NCBI GenBank assembly: GCA_951406725.2
Contig: OX597816.1
Coordinates: forward strand, 109,058,001-109,122,000
DNA from: Octopus vulgaris
Taxonomy: Eukaryota
DNA: 64,000 nt
Reading direction: 5' to 3'
A model generated the notes under the pieces. It was not told the origin of the DNA. It worked only from the letters and a program-made list of their open reading frames with translations, and searched no databases. Shown here piece after piece: positions 39,813 through 51,255 of this stretch. The translations under genes and the position numbers were made by a program. Numbering within the stretch: the first letter of the stretch is position 1; every line of letters starts with the position of its first letter.

Positions 39813-40947
39813 TACATACTAACACATGTATATAGAACCAAATAAAATACATTACATTATTTGGTTTCATCTCAACAAGGCTCTGTGTGCAAACCTTATC
39901 TGGGGTTAGGTTTTGTTTTTATATCTCCTATACTGATAAAATAATTTCTAGTTATACACTAAGAGCTGATCTATTTGGCTATAGTTTCTCCCTTTGCTAA
40001 CTTGCAGCCTTGTATCCTTGTTAAAAAAACATTATTTTATATCAGTAAGGCTGCGAGCAGGTAGAAGTGTTAGCACATTGGGCAAAATTCCTTGTGACAT
40101 TTCTTCCAGCTCTTTACATATTGAGTGCAACTTCCACTGACGTCAACTTCACCTTCCATCTTTTCAGGATTGGTAAAAATAAAAGCACTAGTTGAGCACT
40201 GGGGTTGATGTAATTGAACTAAGCCACTTCCTCTAAAATTGCTGGCCTTGTAACATAATTTGAAATCTTTATTTTTTTTTGGTGCTTTTACTGCCCAATG
40301 AAGTGTAGTTCTGTGAGCAACTTTGATACATACTCTGTTTTGGCATTGTGGCTTTTTAGTGTTTTGAAAGTTCTCTTTGTTAGATATGTGTATAATGCCT
40401 TGTGGTGCTAATTTATTTTTGTTTGATATATAAGTCATGATGTGTTGGCTATGTGTTTTCTTGTCTCTGTTTAATTTACTTTAATAAGACATCTATTACT
40501 GTAGGAATAGTTCCGGTTTTTAGTTCTCAGCACTCTGGTTATCTCTATTTCCAGATCTTAATATTTAGTTTTGGAAAAAGGTAGTAAGGTGACAGAATCA
40601 TTGGCATTCTGGACAAAATGCTCAACGGAATTTTGTTCGTCTTTATGTTCTGAGTTTCAATTCCACTGAAATTGACTTTGCTGTTCATTCTTTCAGGATT
40701 GATGTAATTGACCTACCCTCTGCCCTGAAATTGCTGGCCTTGTGCCAAAATTTGTTTATAAGGTTTTTTAAAATTGATTATATCATCATGAGTGCTTTGG
40801 TACTTATTTTATTAACCTTGCAAGGAAAAGTGTCAAGTTCACTGAGTATAATGAGGGGTAAGCAGAAAGAGATGCTGCACTAGTTTTGCATACATCACCA
40901 CTGTGCATGCGCGCACACACACACACACACGTATGTGTATATATGCA

Positions 40948-40999
<52 letters not shown>

Positions 41000-41000
<1 letters not shown>

Positions 41001-41540
41001 AAAGTAAATGGATCACATTTTGAAGAGAATGGAATTATGGGATTTATATCTACTCACAGCCATTATGGATTACTGCAGAAGATTTTACTACGGACTTATA
41101 TTATTTCTTCAAAATTTTTAGCCCAAGTTTGTACCAATGCACATCTATGCCAGTAACTTTTTTAAACAACATCTTTATCATATGTTTTTAAATAGCATTT
41201 GATTCACTACATGGAAATTTACCCTTTTCCTCTGATGAGTGGATGTATTACCTAATAATGATTATTAATATTAAATTTCATTTTGAAGGGTTATATATTC
41301 ATGAAACGATCGTAAGATATTTCAAAGTTTTTAAATAATCATACTTTATATATTTACATATTTATTTGTTAATACAATATTATTTTGGAAGTATATCTTC
41401 TGTGATGACTTTTTGATGTAAATTTTCTTGCTTCTACTTTATAATATATAATCACTCTTATTAAATGTCTAAATACCTTTAAGATTTTAGACATTTCCCT
41501 ACCAACAGCACTTATTCGAAATTCAGTGTACTGTATTCTC
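41000..41540 (+). mobile_element. Penelope-like 3' end/pLTR remnant carrying the hammerhead
   Basis: LYYFFKIFSPSL near 41096-41131 resembles the GIY-YIG terminal E..FI..F.P.LN motif; the hammerhead follows about 100 nt later; bounded by (TA)n tracts. Confidence 0.55.
41228..41317 (+). ncRNA. Type I minimal hammerhead ribozyme (Penelope-associated)
   Basis: CTGATGA 41232-41238; stem II gtggatgtattacc / ggttatatattcat (13 of 14 pairs, counting G-U); GAAAC 41303-41307; palindromic GATC loop; GTA cleavage triplet 41312-41314; stem I short (t-a, c-g). Confidence 0.72.
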
Positions 41541-41554
41541 ATTGAATATATTTG

Positions 41555-41611
<57 letters not shown>

Positions 41612-41675
41612 GCCATGATAGATCGCTAGCCACTAAACTTCTTTTTATTTTCTCTCTTTGTTTATTTCTGTGTTC

Positions 41676-41711
41676 CTTTCTGTTGAAGAGCATAAGCTTG
41701 AAACATAAAAG
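41676..41711 (+). ncRNA. Degenerate minimal hammerhead-like motif in a short repeat embedded in (TA)n
   Basis: cttt-CTGTTGA-a-gagc ataa gctt-GAAAC-ATA-aaag. Stems I and II are present, but the core deviates (CUGUUGA; ATA instead of GTH). Confidence 0.45.
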
Positions 41712-41786
41712 ACTTTCTCATTTCCTGAGCGTTAAACTAATACATCTGTTTGTTGTTTACACACCCGTCTTCGTCTTTTTTTTTTG

Positions 41787-41825
<39 letters not shown>

Positions 41826-43213
41826 TCATAATCATTTAATATCTGTATTTTTGTGCTGACATTGCTTGGACAGTTTGACAGGAGCTGGCAAGCTAGAGGG
41901 CTCAGCCAAGCTTTACTGTCTGTTTTGGCATGATTTTTACAGTTGGATTCCTAATGCCAATCACTTCACACAGTGGCCTGATCACATTTTACGTGGGACC
42001 AGCACTGGTGAGGTCTGCTTTGGCATGGTTTTTACAGCTTGATGCCCTTCCAAACACCAACCACTTTACAGTGTGGGCTGGATGCTTTTCATAATAATAG
42101 AATGGGTTTATGGTTTCTTCATTCTACAACTATTCAGTCTCTGAACCAATGACAAAACCTGTACATGGTCACCTGATCTGTTAGAAATTACAGCCCAATC
42201 TCTTGCAAATAACACTACTATCTAAGAAAAAGAATGAGAGTATGAATTGAATAAGTAGCAATATATAGATATGACTGTGTGCTTTTCAACCACATATTGT
42301 CTCAGGTTCAATCTGTGTGGCACCTTGGGGAAGGGGCAAGTATCTTCTACTTTATCCCCAGGCTGAGGAAAGCCTTGTGAGTGGCTTTGGTTGATGGAAA
42401 CTGAAAGAAGCCTATCATTCATATATATATATATAATGGGGAGAAGTGTATTTTCATGCAGGAAAGAATATAAAAGAATTTGTTTTGGGGTGGCTGATGA
42501 CAGTACCGCCGGATTGGTACCTGTGCCGGTGGCACATAACAAGCACCATCTGAGTGTGCTGCCTGACTGGTCCTGTGTCAGTGGTACATAAAAAGCACCA
42601 TTCAAGCGTGGTTGATGCCAGTACTGCCTGACTGGCCCTCATGCCGGTGGCATGTAAAAAGAACCCACTACACTCTCAGAGTGGTTGGCATTAGAAAGGG
42701 CATCCAGCTGTAGAAACTTGGTCAGATCAGATTGGAGCTTGGTGAAACCTTCTGGCTTGCCGGTCCTCAGTCAAACCAGCATGGAAAGCAGAAATTAAAT
42801 GACATTGATGATGATGATGATGTTTGAAAATGCACCTGAATGTCAAAAAGTAGTAATTTTCAAATAAATTTTGCAAAATTTAAAAACGACTGTGCTTTGA
42901 GATTCAGGTATATTTTCAAATCCTCTAGCAAATTCTCCTGCACACACACACACAAACACACACACACATATTTATGTGTGCGTCACTGTTTCCTTGCCTT
43001 GGCTTCATATAATTGTTGTAAAGAAAAGACACTGTTATGCAAGTGGTGTCCTTTGTTTCTTATCTTTCATGAAAACATGTCTGGTCATGGGGAATATTAC
43101 CTGACTTAGAAACTGATGAGGGTTGGGAGTTGGAAGGGCCTCCAGTTGTAGAAAATCTGCATCAATGAACACTATCCAACCAATGCAAGCATGGAAAAAT
43201 GGATATTAAATGA

Positions 43214-43445
43214 AGGCGGTGAGCTGGCAGAAACGTTAGCATGCCGAGCGAAATGCGTAGTCGTATTTCGTCTGCCGTTACCTTCTGAGTTCAAATTCCG
43301 CCGAGGTCGACTTTGCCTTTCATCCTTTCGGGGTCAATAAATTAAGTACCAGTTACGCACTGGGGTCGATATAATCGACTTAATCCATTTGTCTGTCCTT
43401 GTTTGTCTTCTCTGTGTTTAGCTCCTTGTGGGTAGTAAAGAAATA
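43214..43445 (+). mobile_element. SINE family B (central gtcgactttgcctttcatcctttcggggtc domain, Nin/Deu-like), young insertion into a LINE-tail repeat
   Basis: 13-bp TSD ggatattaaatga at 43201-43213 and 43446-43458. Older copies at about 2505-2737, 3023-3230, 4280-4475, 9445-9660(-), 12195-12420(-), 18095-18310(-), 29300-29490, 32010-32230, 40045-40270, 40580-40755 and 52045-52270(-). Confidence 0.88.
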
Positions 43446-43758
43446 GGATATTAAATGAGGATGATGATGATGATGACATACTATGTCTAAATAGATGAGA
43501 TGATCACCGCTGGAACTCCTTTGATCATAGATCTGCTAAGTGAGGGCTGACTTGGGGCTATATAAGAAAAGTTACTACCGTTTCTTCTTCAATAGAATCA
43601 AATCAAATAAACTTATAAAGTTAATGGAACTGAAATTAACAAACCATTTCCTTCTATTGAGATAGCAATTTTAAAATTTTCGCTTTGGCTAAGTTATTCA
43701 TTCTCTCAAGAGAATGTTGAAAAATAATTGCATGTTTTTTACATATTTTCTTCTGCAG

Positions 43759-43887
43759 AGCGACAACCACCAACTTCTGAAAGAAAACGAAAAACAGAAA
43801 CAGCTGGAAGAAAATTATTCGTTTGTGTGGAAAGACGGTGGGAAAAAGCAGCAGTCACAGAAGGAAACTCCCAAATCAGCCACGTAG
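43759..43887 (+). CDS. OS9: OS-9 terminal coding exon, SDNHQLLKENEKQKQLEENYSFVWKDGGKKQQSQKETPKSAT*
   Basis: ttttcttctgcag acceptor, phase 0. Contains the OS-9 C-terminal signature Q..LEENY..VW; TAG at 43885-43887. Confidence 0.9.
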   Translation, partial: SDNHQLLKENEKQKQLEENYSFVWKDGGKKQQSQKETPKSAT

Positions 43888-43954
43888 TTATTCACTGAAG
43901 AGGAAAGAAATTTCAACATTGAGAAATACTGCAACAATAAAATTAACAACCACC

Positions 43955-44068
43955 TCAGCAACAACAACAATGACAGCCACTGCAGCAGCAGCAACAACAA
44001 CAACAACAACAACAACAACTGTGTCACTAGTAGTAGTAGCAGGAGCAGCAGCAGCAGTCACAACAATA
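43955..44068 (+). repeat. Compound trinucleotide repeat (CAA/CAG/TAG) at the start of the OS-9 3' UTR
   Basis: Directly visible; explains ORFs 43815..44027 and 43823..44083. Confidence 0.9.
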
Positions 44069-44119
44069 GAAATTATTACTTAATTGCTACACCTTGTTCT
44101 CCTGCTCAGCCCTTGGTCA

Positions 44120-44122
44120 TGA

Positions 44123-44181
<59 letters not shown>

Positions 44182-44762
44182 CAGAGAGAGAGAGGGGACC
44201 GACTGGGCTCCCTTCCTTTCTCTTACCTTATTTCTTTTACCTGTACTATCACTTTCTCTCTCTCTCTCTCCCTTACAGACTGATTTTTTTGTTACACTCA
44301 AACTCTTTTCAGAATCTGTCCAATAAATACAATCATATTATATACACATATACTCTCTTACACACACACACACATTCTCTGTCATTCCCGTATAGACATG
44401 CTTCCCTCCTCTTTGGATAGTACAGATATACATGTGTTCATGCATGCATCACTGTGCACACATGTATCCATGTGCACATGGATATGTAGACAGATATGGA
44501 TGTTTTCATGCATGCATATCTGTGCATCTGTAAGACATACATACAGTTCTTCATTTTTTCTGTGTCACACACACACACTCACACACACACACACACACAA
44601 TTTCCGCCTAAATTCTCTCTCAAACACATACATAATTCAATGTCTCCATGCTTACATGCAAACAGACATGGCATATTTACAGACCATGTACTCTAAACGT
44701 CTTCATGCACTTTCCTGTTCTAAATGACATACTCTTCTCAGCCACTCCACACCTTTCGGTCC

Positions 44763-44803
<41 letters not shown>

Positions 44804-45376
44804 CCTTAATGTACAGAATATAACTTTTGTTTTTCTTTACTACTCAGATGTTGAATTTAATATATTTCAAGAAAAAGAAATTAAACGTATACAAACACAC
44901 ACACACACACTCATTGTGAGAGTGTTTGCACATACACCTTTATATGCTTACATACACGTAGGCATATAAATGTGTGTGTGTATATATATATACATATGTA
45001 CACACACACACACATGTAAGCACTCGTGCATATATACATATTCATACACTCATACACAAACAGATGCATAAGCACAAACACAAGCATTTAAAAAAAATAT
45101 ATATATATATGAACACCTGCATGTGAGTGCATGTGTACCAGTGCACATGCACACATGGCCACATAAAGACACACACGTCATCAGAAAATATTAAATCAGC
45201 ATGAAGATATATGAAATATATCCACCAAAACCATATCAACCAAAGCATTCCATCTTCTATTATTTACTCCATTGAACATTTACGAGATTCCCAGTATGTT
45301 TTTTTTTTTCTGATTGTGATATATGGCTGTATATTTGTGTAAGTAATATTGGTGTGTATCTTTATAGTTCTGTGTG

Positions 45377-45411
<35 letters not shown>

Positions 45412-45457
45412 TCTGTGTATGTCTATATTTGTGTGTATGTATGTATATGTATGCGTA

Positions 45458-45507
<50 letters not shown>

Positions 45508-45556
45508 GCATTTCTCTATATGCATATGGATGTGTGTATGTATGTATGTATGTATG

Positions 45557-45595
<39 letters not shown>

Positions 45596-45738
45596 AATAT
45601 GTGTGTGTATGTTTGTGTCCTCATTCCCACATACATGCTCTGATAGACAGTTCTATCTTTGCATATGTAAGATGTAATGAATTCAGAATTCAGATGGCAG
45701 CCACACGTTCTAATCCTCTGTGTCTATACACACACGTG

Positions 45739-45769
<31 letters not shown>

Positions 45770-46209
45770 AGATGTGTGTGTATATGCATAGTTGTATTTG
45801 TATATGTATGTGTGCTTAAAATCTGATGGGACATGAATTATCATTCATAGAAAACAATTGTTGATTGGATAATTTCTGCTAGAGCTGGAACCATCTCGAA
45901 ATTTATCAACAAGCAATTATTATCCTCTGCTGAAAGAATCCTCCTCCTCCCAGTTCTTGTGTCTTGTATTGATTTTAAGAAGATTTTCTTACTTTCTTCT
46001 TGATTTCCTTGAATTTTATTTCAGTTACTTGAAATTGTAATTTTCTTTTTTTTGTTTCTTTATTTATTTGCATTCTTTGTACATAGAGCTTGCTTGCAGA
46101 TTTTCCACTAGAATGTTGCGAATTCATTCTTGCAGACGAGCAACTGAGGTGCTTGAATTCCTCAGTGAGAAGTATAACTGAAAACTGTTTAAATACATAC
46201 AAATATATG

Positions 46210-46247
<38 letters not shown>

Positions 46248-46353
46248 CATTCATACACATACCATGTGAATAATACCTATGTCTCATGTTTTCATGTGTG
46301 TGCATATGTGTGTGTGTGTATGTATGTATATATATATATATATATATATTGTA

Positions 46354-46391
<38 letters not shown>

Positions 46392-46503
46392 ATATATGTA
46401 TATTTGATCGAAGTTGTTGATTCACTCCATTGCCACTGGGTTTCTCGTTACATGCAATCATTCATGTGGTAAAAACATATATATATATTGTGTGTATACA
46501 TAC

Positions 46504-46548
<45 letters not shown>

Positions 46549-47051
46549 CATCCTCTTGATATATATATATATATACATATGCATATTGTGAAAATGTATG
46601 TTCAGTATCCATGTAAAAACAGATACTAACAAATATGCATGTACATACACATATACAAACTGGCATATATACACGTGCATGCTTACATATATATAAAATT
46701 CAGGATTTAGTTTGCAATTGGAAACATAGGAAATGATATTTAATGAAATGCTATCAGTGTTTGTTCATGTGAATGCATGTGTGTTTATTCATGTTTTTGT
46801 GTGCGTGCATGTGTGCGTGCGTGTATGTGTTCACTTGTACTTTACTCTTTTTTTAACTTGCAGAAATTTTCCTATCAATATTTATACAAAACACTCTTTG
46901 TGGATGAGACTAAAACACACACACACACATACACACATCTGTATAGATTTATACTGTTTACAGACCTGATGTGTATGCATATGTGTGTGTCTGTGTACAT
47001 GTATATAAATATATATAGACATTATCTCCCTATCTGTCTATCTGTCTCTGC

Positions 47052-47094
<43 letters not shown>

Positions 47095-47200
47095 CATACA
47101 TGTATCTGATGATATACATGTATATGAATGCATTATATATTTTATATATCTATCTCTATATGTGTATATACATATACACTCACCCATACATATGCTTGAA
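44120..47200. repeat. Dense field of (TA)n, (CA)n, (CT)n and (TATG)n microsatellites
   Basis: Directly visible; source of the many [12 protein letters not shown] ORFs. Confidence 0.9.
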
Positions 47201-48838
47201 ATATGTAAACTGTGTAATTATAGGCGAGGACAAAATATTTATTAATTAGTTGTTTAGTGTAGGGTATAAAGTAAATTATAAGGAGAGAAATAGTTAATTA
47301 AACATCAGCTAATGGTAGTATTTATTTTTAGTTGTGCGAGAGGCCAGATTGTGCTTAGAACTTCTGCTGGCTGGTGTATTGATGTCCATATGCTGAAACA
47401 GCATGGTGTTTCAAACATTTACATTCTTGCAGTTTGATCTGACATTAAATATGCAAATATACCAATAATAAAAAAAGAAAATAAACAGAAGCATTTTTGA
47501 AAGTCAGCATATGTGTCTGTGTACACGAATATAATAATATATTTTGCACAAGATTTGTTGAATTCATTCTCACAGAAGCCAATAACAAAAATAAAAAAAA
47601 AAAAGCTAAGTATTATTTTTTTTAACTGAAATAAATATTTGCTTTTGTTTTTTCATATAAACATGTCAGATCAGTTAAAATGTCAAAATACAAAAGAAAA
47701 AAAGGGAGAAAATGAAAAAAAAAAGGAAAAAGGGAAGAGAAGTGAAACCTAACAATAATTGTGAAAAGTAGTGTTAAAAACAGCAGAAAGTATCTAACAA
47801 CAACAACAATAATAATAATAACAAAGAACGAGAAATTACAATAATAATAATAATCACAACAATAATGATTTCTGTGCTTTTGGCCACAAGAGTCCAAGAT
47901 GTTGGTGACAGCACATAGGTGAAATATCAAAGAAAATAACAAACCAGAAAACAGTAGGGATTTATGTTGAGCAAAAGGGCTAGATCAATGTTAATGATAA
48001 TATATGTACATCAATAAATAGATACTGATAAATTGAAATATCAATATAAAACTACAAAATAATATTCACAACAATAATTCTTTGAAATATGTAATGTGAG
48101 GGGGGCAATGTTTTGCTTCTGTTTAAGGAGAAAAAAAAGAACAAAACGAAACATAAAGCAAAGATTATTTGGTTGTTTAATTATATAGTGTCTGGACTAT
48201 TTTTTTCTAAACTGTTTCCTTTCTCTAACATGGAATTAATTCCTTCAGTTAGCATATGTTTTGGTGATTAATTCGTAACTTCTCAAAAGAAAAGAATGAA
48301 AAAATTCTCACCAAATTGTTTATATTTCTCCCCATATCACACTGGGGAAAAAAGTCATAAATAAACTGCACAATTTTAGAATTTATTTATTTTTTTTATC
48401 CATTGCTTTTCTCTCTTTAACTGTAAGAATTCAAAATGAATATTAACTGTTTCAACTTCTTATTCTTACTAGCCTTATATCTCAGAGTGTTGGAAAGAGC
48501 ATGGGCAATGGAACCATGTTTTCTAACTCTTAGCTATGAGATTTCAGACACAATATTAATTGGTTTCAAACTTACCTATTCTACAAGTGAAGTACATGTG
48601 AAAGAACATGTCTTTGGGTGCAACTATCCCTCTTCAGAACCAGTATAAGTCATACATATTTACATAAACATTAATGAAGTGCTCAAAACTAGTGTAGAAT
48701 GAAATAAGTATAATTAATTTAGTTGATTAAAGATAAAACATCATTACTTCAAGTTTCACACCATTTATTATTTGAAGATTACTTAATTCTTTAACTAGGT
48801 ATGAATTTTGAAGTAACAATGTTTTATATTTTTCATGT

Positions 48839-48895
<57 letters not shown>

Positions 48896-51224
48896 GGGGA
48901 GTTGAACTCTTACCATAAAGAAATTTCTCTTTATCTTTTTTGTGGGTCTTTCAAAAAAAAAAATTTGTTGTCAGTAGGCTAAGTTGATTCAGTCACCTTT
49001 GCCCCCCCCCCTGCTTTCCTCCCTTACAGATTTATGACATTCTATCAATTTATGGCATTGTGAAAAATTATTATTGCAGTGGGTACTATACTATACTCTC
49101 ATCATAAGTTTACAGTGAATTGAGTCTACATTCCTGATTTCTATTCCCAGCTGAAACTGTTTTCCATCTACATAATAATAAAATTGTATACAGTGCTAAG
49201 GTGCACTACAACTCACCAGAAAAAGTAGCCAAAGTGCATGAACAGTACATAGAATAACTATGCAACTGTCTTCCAGAAAGGCATGTACCTCAGAATATTC
49301 CATATTTCCTCTGCCTATAAATAGGATTTCCTTATTTGTAACAATTCATTATTATTTTTCAACAGTCTTGTTTTGTAATATACTTTCAATGCAGTATTTG
49401 TTGTAGTTTGTAATATCTACTGTATTGAAAGTGTATATTCAGTGCCTGGTAGTACTAGTGTTATTTTTCTGTACTGCACATATATGTCAGTCTTGGGGTT
49501 TTGGTTATGTATTTGTCTATGTTTAATCGTTCTCTAAGGGCCCATTCTATTGTAGGGATTGTTTCTGTTTCCAGCTCCTACTTTCTAGCTCACTCTATTT
49601 TCCAGGCTTTTGGATAATTACTCAGTTTCACAGAGAAATACATTATCAATGTTTTTGGATTGATATTTCTATTAGGCAGCATTTCATTCCTGGTAATCAA
49701 ATTTGCTAAAGTGGGCTGAAGTACATCATATGAGATGTTTTACATTTTATTTTGTAACTCTACATTTTTTGCTCTTTTTCTTCTATGTTCAATAAAATAA
49801 GTACCTGACATCTCACCAACGACACATTTCTAGTCTTACACCAATATTAGAAATCACTTGTTATTGTGTTGTCACAGGTTAGGTTTGATCCAACAGATCC
49901 TGGTCATCATTTTTCTTTCTGTTGCTTTTCTTTTTTAGACATAATGTTCCTTGGACTACATTAGCCACTGTGTCCTCTTTTGTTTTGTTTAAGAATATAA
50001 AGTGTGATTTGAAGGAAATTTGCATGGTACTGGTTGTAAGTAAATTGATTTCTGCATTTTCTTGTTGGCTTGGATATGGAATTGTAATAAGATGAGGGCA
50101 TGTACCCAGTTTTGTTTACAGTTATGGTGTAAGTTTAACTGAGATGGCCTTCAAGAGATTCCCTGGATATAGTTTAGCAAGACCAATTAAAAAATATTAA
50201 TAGCAACTAATTTATTAGTATTATCTTTTAAAACTTGATTTGGAACTGTTTTCTCTCTTACTCACTCACTCATTAGTATTACTTCTAAATCCTTTGGCAA
50301 GTCTTTTAGTGTCCAACAGTGTTACAATAGAGGAAATAATTCTTTCAACACATTTATGACAAAAAAAAAAAGAGAAGTTGGAAGATTAAATAATCTAAAT
50401 TACTGTTTTCATTTTCCTTCTTGCTTGCTTCCTTGCTAACTGGCTTATTTGCTTGTTTTATATGTGTAATCTACCTGCCTGCCCCCTAAAAATAACAAAG
50501 CAGAATTACAGTAATTTCAATTATTCAAAAAATGTTTTAGTTGCTGTCAGGTTTGAGCAATGTAAAATGGACAACTGATTCTGTGACTTTACATTTAAGT
50601 ACTTGACCTATGTGCAAACATTTTCCATCAGCTTAAGCATTGTTTTATGATTATTTTGGGGTTGATGATCTACTGATGATCTATTGAAGATTAAATCATT
50701 ATATATATATATATAAGTGCGTTTTCAGACGAAAGCAGAATGCCAAAACTATTTTCATGAAGCAGACTTCTTGAGTGAGAGAGGCGTGAAATTGTTGTCT
50801 CCATGCTCCAACTATTTACAGGAGTTTAAAAAAAGAAATGAAAGAAATGAAAAAAAACAGCAAACCTCTATGCTACAGTCTACTGATTGTAAAACTTAAA
50901 TTCAAATTGCGCATTTTTTCCTGTGTTACAAGCAACTGAGGAGAGTTCCTAAAAACTTATTTCCGGACGAATTTTAAATTGTGATACCAATTGGCTGGAG
51001 AGTGAGCAAGGGAAGAAAGAGAGAAAGGAGATGAAAAGAAAAAAAATATATATATGCAAGAAAATTAAAAAAACACTCAAATCAAATAAAATCATCCACT
51101 GGAGAATGGTTCTTCTGACAGTTTTGCTGTTTGTTATGATTACTGGCTGCTGCTGTTGGTCATGTTTTTGTCAGCCATCATATTTAGCAGGTGTTATTCA
51201 TACCAACTTGACTGACACTCATGA

Positions 51225-51255
<31 letters not shown>

